In this document: positions 9,821-19,344 of the stretch, in pieces
Position numbering within the stretch: position 1 is the first letter of the stretch
How the letters are laid out: every line of letters begins with the position of its first letter
DNA from: Candidatus Nanohaloarchaea archaeon
GTDB lineage: Archaea > Nanohalarchaeota > Nanosalinia > Nanosalinales > Nanosalinaceae
Assembly: GCA_013343275.1 (NCBI GenBank)
Contig: CP046106.1
Coordinates: forward strand, 704,001 to 768,000
DNA length: 64,000 nucleotides
Direction of reading: 5' to 3'
The notes under the pieces: model-generated
Told to the model about the DNA's origin: nothing
Databases searched by the model: none
Seen by the model: the letters and a program-made list of their open reading frames with translations, nothing else
Made by a program: the position numbers and the translations under genes

Positions 9821-9903
9821 GAGCATTTCTAGAATATTGCCAGAAAATCAGGAAAGTTCGGCCGGTCTTCATACTCATTGAGAAGAAAATATGGAGAAAA
9901 AGT

Positions 9904-10281
9904 TTATTCTCTGAGGCCTTCAAGTCGTTCACTCCAGTACTCGAAGGAGTTTTCCGCTGCCTGACGGCCTAGATCCCTGTTGCTCCACCTCTCCTTCAGG
10001 TATCCGCTTAGTGCAGCACCCACAGCTACAGCTGCGAACTCTTCTGGGCCTCCTCCAGACATGTAGGAGAATGTGCCTCCGCCTGCTGCTGCACCGGCTG
10101 TCGCCCCATTCAGATCATCGCGATCAGGAGATAGGTAGTCGCTGATAGTGTAGTCTCCTGTCTCAGCAGCGATCAAATCCGCAAATTCGCTATTGCCCAA
10201 GGCTCTAGCTCTTTCCTCCATTATTGGAGCAATTTCCTCGTTAATTTCTATGTACGCTTCTTCTGATTCCATTTTCACCAC
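9904..10281 (-). CDS. Hypothetical protein with Gly/Ala-rich (glycine-zipper-like) segment
   Basis: GATAGAAAGGG...AAVAVGAALSG; GAGGTG SD nearby. Confidence 0.65.
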   Translation of the reverse strand: MVKMESEEAYIEINEEIAPIMEERARALGNSEFADLIAAETGDYTISDYLSPDRDDLNGATAGAAAGGGTFSYMSGGGPEEFAAVAVGAALSGYLKERWSNRDLGRQAAENSFEYWSERLEGLRE

Positions 10282-10333
10282 CTCAAATAATAGTTGTTAC
10301 CCAATAGATAAAAATTTACTGGTTATAACCCTA

Positions 10334-10543
10334 TTAGGCCTTTTCTGTGTGTTCATTTAGCAATTGAAGCACAATATCTCTGTTATTCTCTGTATAAAGA
10401 ATATTCGCAGTGGCGTCTTCTGATTCAGTAACCGATATTCCTAGGCCTGTATTATCGAATACCTCCTTTAGCCTGGAGTAGAGGCCTGTTTCTCCGTGTA
10501 GAATAAACTTGCTTCCATCGTCCTGTATTTTGTAAACTCTCAT
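10334..10543 (-). CDS. Hypothetical protein
   Basis: ORF track 10334-10600; ATG 10543 preferred because the upstream part carries a palindromic box. Confidence 0.5.
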   Translation of the reverse strand: MRVYKIQDDGSKFILHGETGLYSRLKEVFDNTGLGISVTESEDATANILYTENNRDIVLQLLNEHTEKA

Positions 10544-10580
10544 AACGTATTTTTCGAGGCCATCAGTCAAAAAGAATGGG

Positions 10581-10700
10581 TGTTCGCATAGTTTGAACAC
10601 TCAACAACCATGAATTAACTCTTCAGTACAAACAACAGCTTTTAAAAGACATTGAATGTTCGTCTTTCTTTAACAGTGTATTGTTCACAGAAATCGAACA
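10581..10700. promoter_or_regulatory. Three TGTTC-N9-GAACA-type palindromic boxes
   Basis: 10581-10599 and 10682-10700 perfect; 10657-10675 TGTTC-N9-TAACA. Confidence 0.6.
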
Positions 10701-10778
10701 CCCTGAAACGAGATGTGAGTAGAACAGGGCCTCTGAAGGAGGAAAAATTCTTCAGTACCTAGCCGAATACTGTAAGGT

Positions 10779-11423
10779 ATGAGCAACGGCCTGGTAGTTG
10801 AGGAGAATCCTGATGCAGGTCATGGCCTTCTGGTAGTGCCTGGTATCAGTAGTGGGCCTTTCGGCAGTCCTTTCGATGAAGTAGTGGATGAGATGAGTGA
10901 ATACTGCAGTGTTGTGAGGGTTGACGCATGGGATGATGCAAGAGACCTGGAGGATATGACACTGAGAGATCTACATGAGATAGTTGAAGGCGCCGTGGAG
11001 AGATTGAGAGATCTGGGCTGCGAAGGGATACATGTGCTGGGCAAGTCCTTCGGAGGCCAGCTTGCATTAACCTATCCAGAGAATGTGAGTTTTGATTCAA
11101 TGGTTCTGTGGGCTCCAGCAGTAGGCCTTGGTGAGAACAATGTGGAAAAGTGGAGATCTACTGCTCTTAGGCAGGCCTCTACAGCTACAGATATCTCCAT
11201 CGACATATCAGAGCTTGAAGGCCTTGACGTAGAGACTCTTCTGATACATGGAGAGAACGATCAGGTAGTTGAAGTAGAGAACTCAAGAAGGATAGCCGAT
11301 CAGTTGCCGGATGGCGATGTGAGAGTTATCGAAGATACCGGTCACTCCTTTGAAGGTCACGAAGGAGAGGTCGCAGAAATTACGGTAGATTTTCTCAGTC
11401 AAGCAACTTCATCAGATCGTTAA
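10779..11423 (+). CDS. Alpha/beta hydrolase
   Basis: GKSFGG nucleophile elbow, HGENDQVV, TGHSF. Confidence 0.9.
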   Translation: MSNGLVVEENPDAGHGLLVVPGISSGPFGSPFDEVVDEMSEYCSVVRVDAWDDARDLEDMTLRDLHEIVEGAVERLRDLGCEGIHVLGKSFGGQLALTYPENVSFDSMVLWAPAVGLGENNVEKWRSTALRQASTATDISIDISELEGLDVETLLIHGENDQVVEVENSRRIADQLPDGDVRVIEDTGHSFEGHEGEVAEITVDFLSQATSSDR

Positions 11424-11664
11424 GTGCGTGGGCTACATCCTGGCCTCGTGATGTGAGTTCGATATACTTTTTCCTGCCTTTTTTCCGGGTCTCAATCAGG
11501 CCTATTTCCTCAAGCTTCTGTATTATCCTTACAGCATGGGAGTAAGTGCAGTCAATGTTGGAGGACAAGGCAGATGCATAGTTTTCTGCGGAGGGATCAG
11601 CCAGCCTCACCATCATCTTGGCGGGCTTGGTGTGCAGGAAGAACTCCTGTTCGCTTTCATCCAT
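11395..11664 (-). CDS. MarR-like winged-helix regulator
   Basis: TYSHAVRIIQKLEEIGLIE...GRKKYIELTSRG. Confidence 0.85.
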   Translation of the reverse strand: MDESEQEFFLHTKPAKMMVRLADPSAENYASALSSNIDCTYSHAVRIIQKLEEIGLIETRKKGRKKYIELTSRGQDVAHALNDLMKLLD

Positions 11665-11773
11665 TATATCAACTGTACATGTTTATTGTGGTTCTAAGTT
11701 AATATTCTCTTTGGTTGTGATAGAGTCCATCTTTGACTTTATAATGGTTTTGTGCACTATTCTAAACGTGACA

Positions 11774-11971
11774 ATGGAATTCTCTACAGCTAAAATGAAG
11801 GAAATGATCAAAGGCCAAGGAGACAAAAGAGTTTCCGAGGAAAGCGCCGAAAGACTGGGAGAGATCCTGGAAACATTCGCCGGCGACGTAGCAGAGGAAG
11901 CAATCGCAGTCGCTAAGGAAGACGACCGCAAGACAGTAAGGAAAGAAGACGTCAAGAAGGCTCTTCGATAA
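11774..11971 (+). CDS. Archaeal histone-fold protein (divergent)
   Basis: MEFSTAKMKEMIK...RVSEESA...AKEDDRKTVRKEDV. Confidence 0.9.
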   Translation: MEFSTAKMKEMIKGQGDKRVSEESAERLGEILETFAGDVAEEAIAVAKEDDRKTVRKEDVKKALR

Positions 11972-12049
11972 CTCCTGCTACCTATTATTTTTCTATTTTT
12001 GAACTCTCACACGAAAGAGGATTTAAGATTTCCATTCACTTCTTACAGT

Positions 12050-13048
12050 ATGGACACCGAGGAAATTATAGAGAAAATAGTCGAAGAGACAGAACTCGAT
12101 GAAGACGAAGTAAAGGAAAAAGTAGAAGCTAAAATGGACGAGTTCGAAGGCCTTGTATCGGAAGAGGGCGCAGTCCACCTGGTTGCCAAGGAACACGGAG
12201 TTAACGTAGGCCAGGAAATGAGCGAAGACCTCAAAATAGAAAATATTGTACCAGACATGCGTAAAGTCAACTTCAAGGCCCGCGTAGTAAATATATCCGA
12301 CATGAATACTTTCGAGAGAGATGATGAAGAGGAAGATGGCCGTGTCCAGAACGTTGTCCTCGGTGACGACACAGGAACTATCAGAATGACCCTCTGGGAC
12401 GAACAGACAGATATAGCGGACAAGATCGACGAAGGCGACCCTATCGAGATAACCGGAGCCTACACCATGGAAGACGACCGCGGAAACGCAGAGATCCGGC
12501 TAGGCGACTCCGCAAAGGTCGCAATGGCTGACGAAGAAGACGTACCGGAAGTAGAGACCGGCGGATCAGATACAGAAGAGGCCTCGATCAGAGAAGTTAA
12601 CTCGGAGAACTCCTCTTACAGGATCAGCGGTATGCTGATGGCTGTATACACCAACAATCCTTTCTACCGTGTCGACCCTGAAACCGGCGACACAGTAAGA
12701 GAGAACGACGACGGAGAATACGTAACAGACGATGGAGATGTTGTAGAGGAACCAGGCCACCGACTGGCACTTTCAGGAGTACTGGACGACGGCACAGGCA
12801 ACATCAGAGTAGTATTCTTCGGAGAGCAGGCCCGTGATGTGCTCGGTATCGATGAAGAGACAGAGAAAGAAGGAGACCTGCAGGCCGTAGAGGATGCCGG
12901 TGAAGAAGCAGTAGGAACAGAGCTGGAAGTTGAAGGTAGGACCCGATACAACGACTACTTCGGCCGCATCGAGCTTCTTGCAAACAGTGTCGAAGAAGTA
13001 GACACAGAAGAACAGCTGGAAGATCTCCTGGAAGTAATGGAGGTCTAA
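12050..13048 (+). CDS. rpa: Replication protein A (OB-fold ssDNA-binding protein)
   Basis: GLVSEEGA N-terminal domain, GDDTGTIRMTLW, LDDGTGNIRVVFF; next to radA. Confidence 0.88.
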   Translation: MDTEEIIEKIVEETELDEDEVKEKVEAKMDEFEGLVSEEGAVHLVAKEHGVNVGQEMSEDLKIENIVPDMRKVNFKARVVNISDMNTFERDDEEEDGRVQNVVLGDDTGTIRMTLWDEQTDIADKIDEGDPIEITGAYTMEDDRGNAEIRLGDSAKVAMADEEDVPEVETGGSDTEEASIREVNSENSSYRISGMLMAVYTNNPFYRVDPETGDTVRENDDGEYVTDDGDVVEEPGHRLALSGVLDDGTGNIRVVFFGEQARDVLGIDEETEKEGDLQAVEDAGEEAVGTELEVEGRTRYNDYFGRIELLANSVEEVDTEEQLEDLLEVMEV

Positions 13049-13122
13049 AAACTTATACTATGACAAGATTTCAAACAGTTAGAACGCATTCAACGAATTC
13101 AGAAACAAAGGTGAGTTACTAA

Positions 13123-14073
13123 ATGGGAAATAACACAGATCTTGAAGACCTGGACGGCGTAGGAGGAAAAACAGCAGAGAGACTGAGAGAGGAAGGCCTT
13201 ACCAACCTAATGGAGATAGCAAACATGAAGGCCGGAGAACTATCCGGAAAGGTCGACGGCATCGGAGAGTCAGCAGCAGAGAGCATAGTCAACTCTGCAA
13301 TGGACAAGGCTGATGTAGGAGGTTTCGAGACAGGAACCGACCGGTACGAGAAAAGGCAGGAGATGGAAAAGATTTCAACCAACTCCGAGAGCTTCAACGA
13401 ACTGCTTGACGGCGGAATCGAGACACAGTCCTTGACAGAGCTTTACGGAGAGTTCGGAGCAGGAAAAACTCAGATCGCACACCACCTCGCAGTAAACGTC
13501 CAGCGACCGGAAGAAGACGGCGGCCTCGGAAAAGGAGCAATCTACATCGACACAGAAGATACTTTCATACCCGAGAGAATCGAGCAGATGGCAGAGGCGC
13601 AGGGAATGGACTCTGAAGAAGTACTAGACAATATCCATGTAGCAAGGGCCCTGAACTCCGACCATCAGATGCTACTGGCAGAAGAAGCCAAACAGATATG
13701 TGAAGACGAGGAGATAGGCCTTATCGTCGTTGACTCACTGATGGCTCACTTCCGTTCAGAGTACGTAGGCAGAGGAGAGCTGGCTAAAAGACAGCAGAAA
13801 CTCAACAAGCACATGTCAACACTGCTGAAAGCAGCCAACACCTACAACGTGGCAGTCATCCTGACCAACCAGGTCATGGACAACCCAGATCAGATGTTTG
13901 GAGACCCTACAAAGGCTATCGGAGGAAACATCGTCGCACACAACTGCGCTACGATCATCTACCTCCGCAAAGGTAAGAAAGACACAAGGGTTGCAAGACT
14001 GGAAGACAGCCCTTACCTGCCGGAAGGAGAGGCCGTCTACTCAATCGAAGACGAAGGAATCATCGACGGCTAA
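13123..14073 (+). CDS. radA: Recombinase RadA
   Basis: GEFGAGKTQ, YIDTEDTF, VVDSL, RQQKLN; no intein. Confidence 0.97.
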   Translation: MGNNTDLEDLDGVGGKTAERLREEGLTNLMEIANMKAGELSGKVDGIGESAAESIVNSAMDKADVGGFETGTDRYEKRQEMEKISTNSESFNELLDGGIETQSLTELYGEFGAGKTQIAHHLAVNVQRPEEDGGLGKGAIYIDTEDTFIPERIEQMAEAQGMDSEEVLDNIHVARALNSDHQMLLAEEAKQICEDEEIGLIVVDSLMAHFRSEYVGRGELAKRQQKLNKHMSTLLKAANTYNVAVILTNQVMDNPDQMFGDPTKAIGGNIVAHNCATIIYLRKGKKDTRVARLEDSPYLPEGEAVYSIEDEGIIDG

Positions 14074-14198
14074 ACCATCTTCTCAAAATTTTTTATTTTA
14101 TCTAACTAATCAAAGAAAATTAGCAAATATGTTCGATCGATTGGAGAAAATCATTAATTTTCCGAAATCAATTTAAATTTTCTAAGCGAAATCAAGGT

Positions 14199-15683
14199 AT
14201 GGACGAAGAAAGAGTACTCTCCAGTCTTCGTAGAGACAACCCTTGGTGGTCTAAACAGAGTATAGATTGGGATGAGAATTATTACAAGAGGAGCCATTAC
14301 TATATGTTAAGGAGGCAGATAGAGGAAGAGGAGATTACAGGTTTACTAGGGCCAAGAAGAGTAGGTAAGACCACCATACTAAAGCAGATTGCAGAATACC
14401 TAGTTGAGGAGAAAGACGTTCCCACCGAGAGAATATTTTTTGTTCAGATGGATAATCCCTATCTAAATAGTTCTCTAGAAGATCCTCTAAAAGACATACT
14501 GGAAGTATATCAAGACTATATTTTAGAAGACAGCTTCGAGAATATCGAAGAGCCAGTCTATATATTTTTAGACGAAATTCAGGTTTTGGATAATTGGGCC
14601 GAAAAGCTGAAATATTGGTATGACCTCGATTATGAACTAGTATTTACTATTACTGGGTCCTCTAGCGCCAAAATAACCGCCGGCTCAGAGTCGCTATTAG
14701 GACGTATTATTGATAGAAACATGCTTCCTCTAAAGTTTTCAGAAACGATTAAAATGAAGAGAGAGTGTGGTGAGATGGACTTAGAGATGGAACATCAAAA
14801 AAATAAACATATAATGAAGTCTTCATTTGAGAAGGCTATTAAGGAAGATGATCCTAAGGGGCTGTATCGTGCATTCACCAAAAATACTTCTTTCCTAAGA
14901 AACGATAAATCCAAGATTAAACCCGAACTTGAGAGATACCTTAACAGAGGAGGTTATCCTCGAATTATACAGAAGGAAATTGAAGAGGGCCTAGATTTAG
15001 ATTACGCGTCTAGAAAACTAGAGAATGACGCTGAGAAAGCGATACAGAAAGATGCTTCTGAAATTTATGATGTCTCACCAGACAAACTCATGAAAATAGC
15101 TATTTTTATAGCTGACAACACTGCTCAGAAGCTAGTAAAGAGTAGCTTATCTGATTTTGTTGGAGTTTCCGGGTCCACGGCAGCAAAATATGTTGACCAC
15201 TTGGAGGAAGCCTACATCATTCACAGATCAAAACATTACTCAGGCAGTGCAGCGGCGTCAGAAAGAAAGCAGCAGAAATCCTATATTTGGGATCCGGGTT
15301 TTAGAAACGCCATTGTTGGTTCTCTAGGAGGCAACTACAACATGCCTCCCGAAGAAAAAGGTCTTGTTGTAGAATCTGTCTGCGCAGACCATATGAAGAG
15401 ATTATCCTATAGCATTGAAGGTTCCAAAGAAAACGTGTACTTCTGGGACTATCAGCAAGGAGAAGTAGACATAGTTCTTAATATATCAGATAAAACAGTT
15501 CCCATTGAGGTTAAATATCGTGATGAAGTGAAGAAATCTGACTTGAAAGGGCTAAATCGCTTTATCTACGATAACGGAATAGATTATGGAATAGTCATCA
15601 CAAAAGATAAAACAGATATTATGGAGTTAAGAGAAGGCAAAGCTGTACTTATCCCGCTTTGGAGCCTTCTAATGATGATATAA
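14199..15683 (+). CDS. AAA_14 ATPase with DUF4143/PD-(D/E)xK-like C-terminus
   Basis: NPWW, GPRRVGKTT, FLDEIQ, TGSSS, GGYP, EVDIV...PIEVK. Confidence 0.9.
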   Translation: MDEERVLSSLRRDNPWWSKQSIDWDENYYKRSHYYMLRRQIEEEEITGLLGPRRVGKTTILKQIAEYLVEEKDVPTERIFFVQMDNPYLNSSLEDPLKDILEVYQDYILEDSFENIEEPVYIFLDEIQVLDNWAEKLKYWYDLDYELVFTITGSSSAKITAGSESLLGRIIDRNMLPLKFSETIKMKRECGEMDLEMEHQKNKHIMKSSFEKAIKEDDPKGLYRAFTKNTSFLRNDKSKIKPELERYLNRGGYPRIIQKEIEEGLDLDYASRKLENDAEKAIQKDASEIYDVSPDKLMKIAIFIADNTAQKLVKSSLSDFVGVSGSTAAKYVDHLEEAYIIHRSKHYSGSAAASERKQQKSYIWDPGFRNAIVGSLGGNYNMPPEEKGLVVESVCADHMKRLSYSIEGSKENVYFWDYQQGEVDIVLNISDKTVPIEVKYRDEVKKSDLKGLNRFIYDNGIDYGIVITKDKTDIMELREGKAVLIPLWSLLMMI

Positions 15684-15698
15684 TCACAGGACGCCATC

Positions 15699-15944
15699 TT
15701 GGCTTACGATCACGAAGGTCCTGTATTCTTCAACGAAGACGAACGCAGAGAGCTGGATAGAGACTCCAATCTACTGATAGGAGACTACGGCCAGGTCAAA
15801 GACGAAGACACCGAAAACTGGCTGAGACATCGACTCGACCACCTGAACGCATACATCACAGCAAACAGAGATGTCGTCAAGATAATCAACTTCGAAGACG
15901 AAGAACTATCAGCCAGAGTTGAAGGAGAAGAATACAGAATATAA
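15699..15944 (+). CDS. Hypothetical protein
   Basis: Acidic 81-aa ORF with TTG start. Confidence 0.55.
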   Translation: MAYDHEGPVFFNEDERRELDRDSNLLIGDYGQVKDEDTENWLRHRLDHLNAYITANRDVVKIINFEDEELSARVEGEEYRI

Positions 15945-15978
15945 GAAAATACAGGCGATAGGCCTTTGAAGGCCCTGC

Positions 15979-16239
15979 TTAAATCATGTCATCTTCAGAG
16001 ACAATCACAAAGTCTCCGATAGACTTGACAGCGGAGAAAGGCACTAGATTACGGCCTTTCCTGTCTTCCTGAAGGCTCTGCTCCGAGATGTTCTCTGTAG
16101 TATTGGTTATCAAGATGTTCATCAGCTCTCCTGTATCAGATACAAAGGAGAGGTCATCTACTTCGCCAAATTTTTTACCATGTTCTTCTGAAACAATTGT
16201 CTTGCCTTTGATCTCGGTACCACGCGGATTGTTTGCCAT
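15979..16239 (-). CDS. PRC-barrel protein (CdpB-like)
   Basis: GKTIVSEEHGKKFGEVDDL...VPFSAVKSIGDFVIV. Confidence 0.88.
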   Translation of the reverse strand: MANNPRGTEIKGKTIVSEEHGKKFGEVDDLSFVSDTGELMNILITNTTENISEQSLQEDRKGRNLVPFSAVKSIGDFVIVSEDDMI

Positions 16240-16288
16240 TTTCAGTTCGCCTAAGTATTTATGAGCATCTCATAATTAAAAACTTTGT

Positions 16289-16828
16289 ATGCCGAGAGTA
16301 TTCTCCGCCGTAGAAATAGAAGACGAAGAAGTACTTGACAGACTGGAGGAAATACGCAACGAAGTAGACCAAGGATTCAAACCCGTACCACGGGAGAAAA
16401 TGCATATCACTCTCGAGTTCTTCAAAGACATAGACAGCCAGGAAATCCAGAGGATCAAGAAATCAATGCAAGATACCGGTATAGAGCCTTTTACGGCAGA
16501 GATCAGAGGCCTGGGCGCCTTCCCCTCCCGAGACTACATACGGGTTATCTGGGCCGGCGTAGAATCCGGAGAACTGCATGAACTGAAAGAAGATATTTCA
16601 GGCCACGAAGTCAGCAACTCAAACGAAGAAGAGTTCAGGCCTCATATAACACTACACAGGGTAGAAAACCTGGACAGCAGCGGAAAGAAAGAGATACAGC
16701 AGAAACTGGACAAGTACTCCGGCCAGAAGATTGCGGAGATAGAGGTAGACAAAGTAAAGCTGTTTGAAAGCGTTCTGGATGACGACGGCTCCCGATACAG
16801 AGAGCTGGAAGTGAAGGAGCTTGGATGA
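16289..16828 (+). CDS. thpR: RNA 2',3'-cyclic phosphodiesterase (2H family)
   Basis: Two HITL motifs, GAFP, RVIWAG. Confidence 0.9.
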   Translation: MPRVFSAVEIEDEEVLDRLEEIRNEVDQGFKPVPREKMHITLEFFKDIDSQEIQRIKKSMQDTGIEPFTAEIRGLGAFPSRDYIRVIWAGVESGELHELKEDISGHEVSNSNEEEFRPHITLHRVENLDSSGKKEIQQKLDKYSGQKIAEIEVDKVKLFESVLDDDGSRYRELEVKELG

Positions 16829-17163
16829 AAAAGGAAGGCCTGTACAGACTGGCTTTCCTGCTTGCTCTCGCTGGACTAACCCTTATGTACGGCGCAACAT
16901 TCCTTGAGCCTCAGAAAGTCCATGTCTCAGAACTAAAGCCTGCAATGGTTGGAGAAAAGGTCAAGATAAGCGGGACCGTACAGGAACCTTCCGGTAGCAA
17001 ACATTTCTTCTTCACACTGAAGGAAGGTAACTCCACTGTCAGAGCGGTAAAGTTCGACACCTCTCCAGGATATACCTCTGGCGCAGAGGTAACTGTAACC
17101 GGAGAGATAACGATGTACAAGGGAGAGCTGGAGATAATAGTCCAGAAGATCAGGCCTAGATAA
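16825..17163 (+). CDS. Membrane-anchored OB-fold protein
   Basis: N-terminal TM; VKISGTV...FFTL...VTGEITMYKGELEI. Confidence 0.75.
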   Translation: MKKEGLYRLAFLLALAGLTLMYGATFLEPQKVHVSELKPAMVGEKVKISGTVQEPSGSKHFFFTLKEGNSTVRAVKFDTSPGYTSGAEVTVTGEITMYKGELEIIVQKIRPR

Positions 17164-17206
17164 CAAACTGTCGAATGTTTAAATCTGGAGGCCTCAACAT
17201 TTCTAC

Positions 17207-17587
17207 ATGCTAGGAATTCTCCTGCTACTAATGATAGCAGTGCCTTTCACAGACCTGTACATACTTCTGCAGATAGCTGGAATGATCGGCTTCTGGCAGA
17301 CACTTGCCATAGTAATAGCAACCGGTGTTATCGGGGCAGCGATAGTCCGTAGAGAAGGCCGTCACGTACTGAAAAAACTGCAGCGATCCGTCACTGCTGG
17401 AGAGGTAAGCAGGAACGTAGCAGAGGGAGCCCTCCTCGTAATCGCAGGCTTGCTACTGATAACACCCGGAATAATAACAGATGTAACCGGTTTCCTGTTA
17501 ACCTTCAGGCCTCTAAGAGAACGACTTGTAGCCCGATGGATATCAGGTAACTCCGGCAATATCGAGGTTGAAGTCTTCCGCTTCTAG
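17207..17587 (+). CDS. fxsA: FxsA-family membrane protein
   Basis: IGFWQTL, GLLLITPGIITDVTG. Confidence 0.88.
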   Translation: MLGILLLLMIAVPFTDLYILLQIAGMIGFWQTLAIVIATGVIGAAIVRREGRHVLKKLQRSVTAGEVSRNVAEGALLVIAGLLLITPGIITDVTGFLLTFRPLRERLVARWISGNSGNIEVEVFRF

Positions 17588-18255
17588 CCCATCTTTAACG
17601 AGGCGAAGACCGATACCGCGAGAACCGCAAGACCTAGTTCTGAAGGCACCGCCACACCGAACTGCGAAACACCTATCATGCACAGAACCAGCGCTCCACC
17701 TCTCTCAATATAGGCCAGATTCATGCTCTCTATATCCACAAGAGATGCCAGATAGAGAACCAGTACCGCCATCAATGCTGTTCCCATGGCCGGCACGACA
17801 TACTGTAGGCTTGGTGCAGCAGCTGAAAGGCTTTTCACAGAGACGACGAGGCCTGTTACAATTATAGCTGGTACCGGGAACTTCTCCGCAATATCGAGCT
17901 CTATAATATGTGCTGCTATCGCTATGATAGCCAGGCCTGTAGCATACTTCAGGCGTGTCATATAGAATATACTAGCGAAAACCGGCGCTATCAAGGCTAC
18001 CACAAGCGCTCCCGCTACAAGGAACGGCGCTACCTGTGATACCATTCTCCGGGCCTCTCTACCATTGCTTGCAGATGAATAAAGCACCGCCAGAGCTCCT
18101 GCACCGCTGAAAATCGTTAGAGCAATATTCACTACATCTGAAAAGGTCTGTATAGCTCCTGTAACCAGTAAAGTAGCGAAGACTCCGTCTACGAGCGGGA
18201 GACAGAGAACGAGCAAAAGCCTTTGGGCGCCGTCGTCTAGAAAGTCCAGAACCAT
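17584..18255 (-). CDS. Integral membrane protein (DUF5794-like)
   Basis: LPLVDGVFATL...IFSGAGALAV; multiple TM segments. Confidence 0.65.
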   Translation of the reverse strand: MVLDFLDDGAQRLLLVLCLPLVDGVFATLLVTGAIQTFSDVVNIALTIFSGAGALAVLYSSASNGREARRMVSQVAPFLVAGALVVALIAPVFASIFYMTRLKYATGLAIIAIAAHIIELDIAEKFPVPAIIVTGLVVSVKSLSAAAPSLQYVVPAMGTALMAVLVLYLASLVDIESMNLAYIERGGALVLCMIGVSQFGVAVPSELGLAVLAVSVFASLKMG

Positions 18256-18288
18256 GCAGAACACCGGAGAAAGCAGGTCTGGAACCAG

Positions 18289-18363
18289 TTACCACATAAA
18301 CTTGGACTTGGTTCCCTTGAAAGCCTTGAAATTAAAGAAATTAGATAGCATAGTCTCTGACAT
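18289..18363 (-). CDS. Possible 24-aa upstream (leader) peptide
   Basis: MSETMLSNFFNFKAFKGTKSKFMW ends 33 nt before the membrane-protein ATG. Confidence 0.3.
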   Translation of the reverse strand: MSETMLSNFFNFKAFKGTKSKFMW

Positions 18364-18459
18364 AATACTCATCTGTACAGCGCCAGAGCATGCTGAAACA
18401 TTCATTCGTAGACAGTAATTATGGCCCGGACAGTTAAAAACATTTTTGCTGTAGAGAAA

Positions 18460-19278
18460 TCAGCGGCCTGCAAGCTTCTTCGAAACCTCATCAAGCAGAC
18501 CAGAAATATCCTCAACATGATCCTGGAGCTCGTCGAAATCGTCCTGAGCAGGCACAGGCTCGATATCCTCCTGAACCTCCTCCTTCGCGTCCTCAATCTC
18601 AGTCTTCAAGTCAGACTCAATCCGGCGGCCTTCCTCCTGCATTCTCTCAATCTTGTCACGCAGAGAACCAATCTTATCGTGGGCCTCCGAAACATTCGAA
18701 CGCAAGGCCTCCATATTCTTCCTCACATCGTTTATCTCGGAAGTAACCTCATTATATCTGAAGTCTATCTTGTTATCTATTTCCTCTCGCTCGGACTGAA
18801 TCCGGCGATCCAGTTGACTGCTATCGACCTTCTCCTCGATCTCTATATCCTCTAGCTCCCTCTGAATAGACTCTATCCTGTCATCAGCATCGGACCTTAT
18901 ACTGTTAACCTTCTCCCGGAAGTTTTCCTCAGCAAGCCTGTTCTCAACAGCAGAGAAAACCTGTTCAAAGACTTCATCCCTGAAATCCTCCATTCTCTCC
19001 TCGAGATCGGACTTGGTAACGGCCTGCGAGATCTCCAGTTTATCGACCTCCTGCTTGAGATCGTTCTCAGTTAGATCACTGTAATCATCTTCCTCAACAA
19101 GAACTTTACCGCCGCTGTTGGCCTCCTCTAACTCCCTTACACGATCGTTCAGACGGCGGATCTCCTTCTTCAGCTCTTCCTCATCGACATCAGAACCAGA
19201 GCCAGTGCTGGCCGACTGCTTCTTGGCTTCGGAAAGCGCCTCGGACAGAGACTTCTCGATATCAGCTGAACCTACCAT
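18460..19278 (-). CDS. Acidic coiled-coil protein
   Basis: Long heptad-like E/D/K/R-rich helices. Confidence 0.75.
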   Translation of the reverse strand: MVGSADIEKSLSEALSEAKKQSASTGSGSDVDEEELKKEIRRLNDRVRELEEANSGGKVLVEEDDYSDLTENDLKQEVDKLEISQAVTKSDLEERMEDFRDEVFEQVFSAVENRLAEENFREKVNSIRSDADDRIESIQRELEDIEIEEKVDSSQLDRRIQSEREEIDNKIDFRYNEVTSEINDVRKNMEALRSNVSEAHDKIGSLRDKIERMQEEGRRIESDLKTEIEDAKEEVQEDIEPVPAQDDFDELQDHVEDISGLLDEVSKKLAGR

Positions 19279-19344
19279 AGCGGCCTAAACACAAATTGTC
19301 GAAACCTGCTTAAAATATGAACGATAGAAAAAGAGGAAGAAAGG

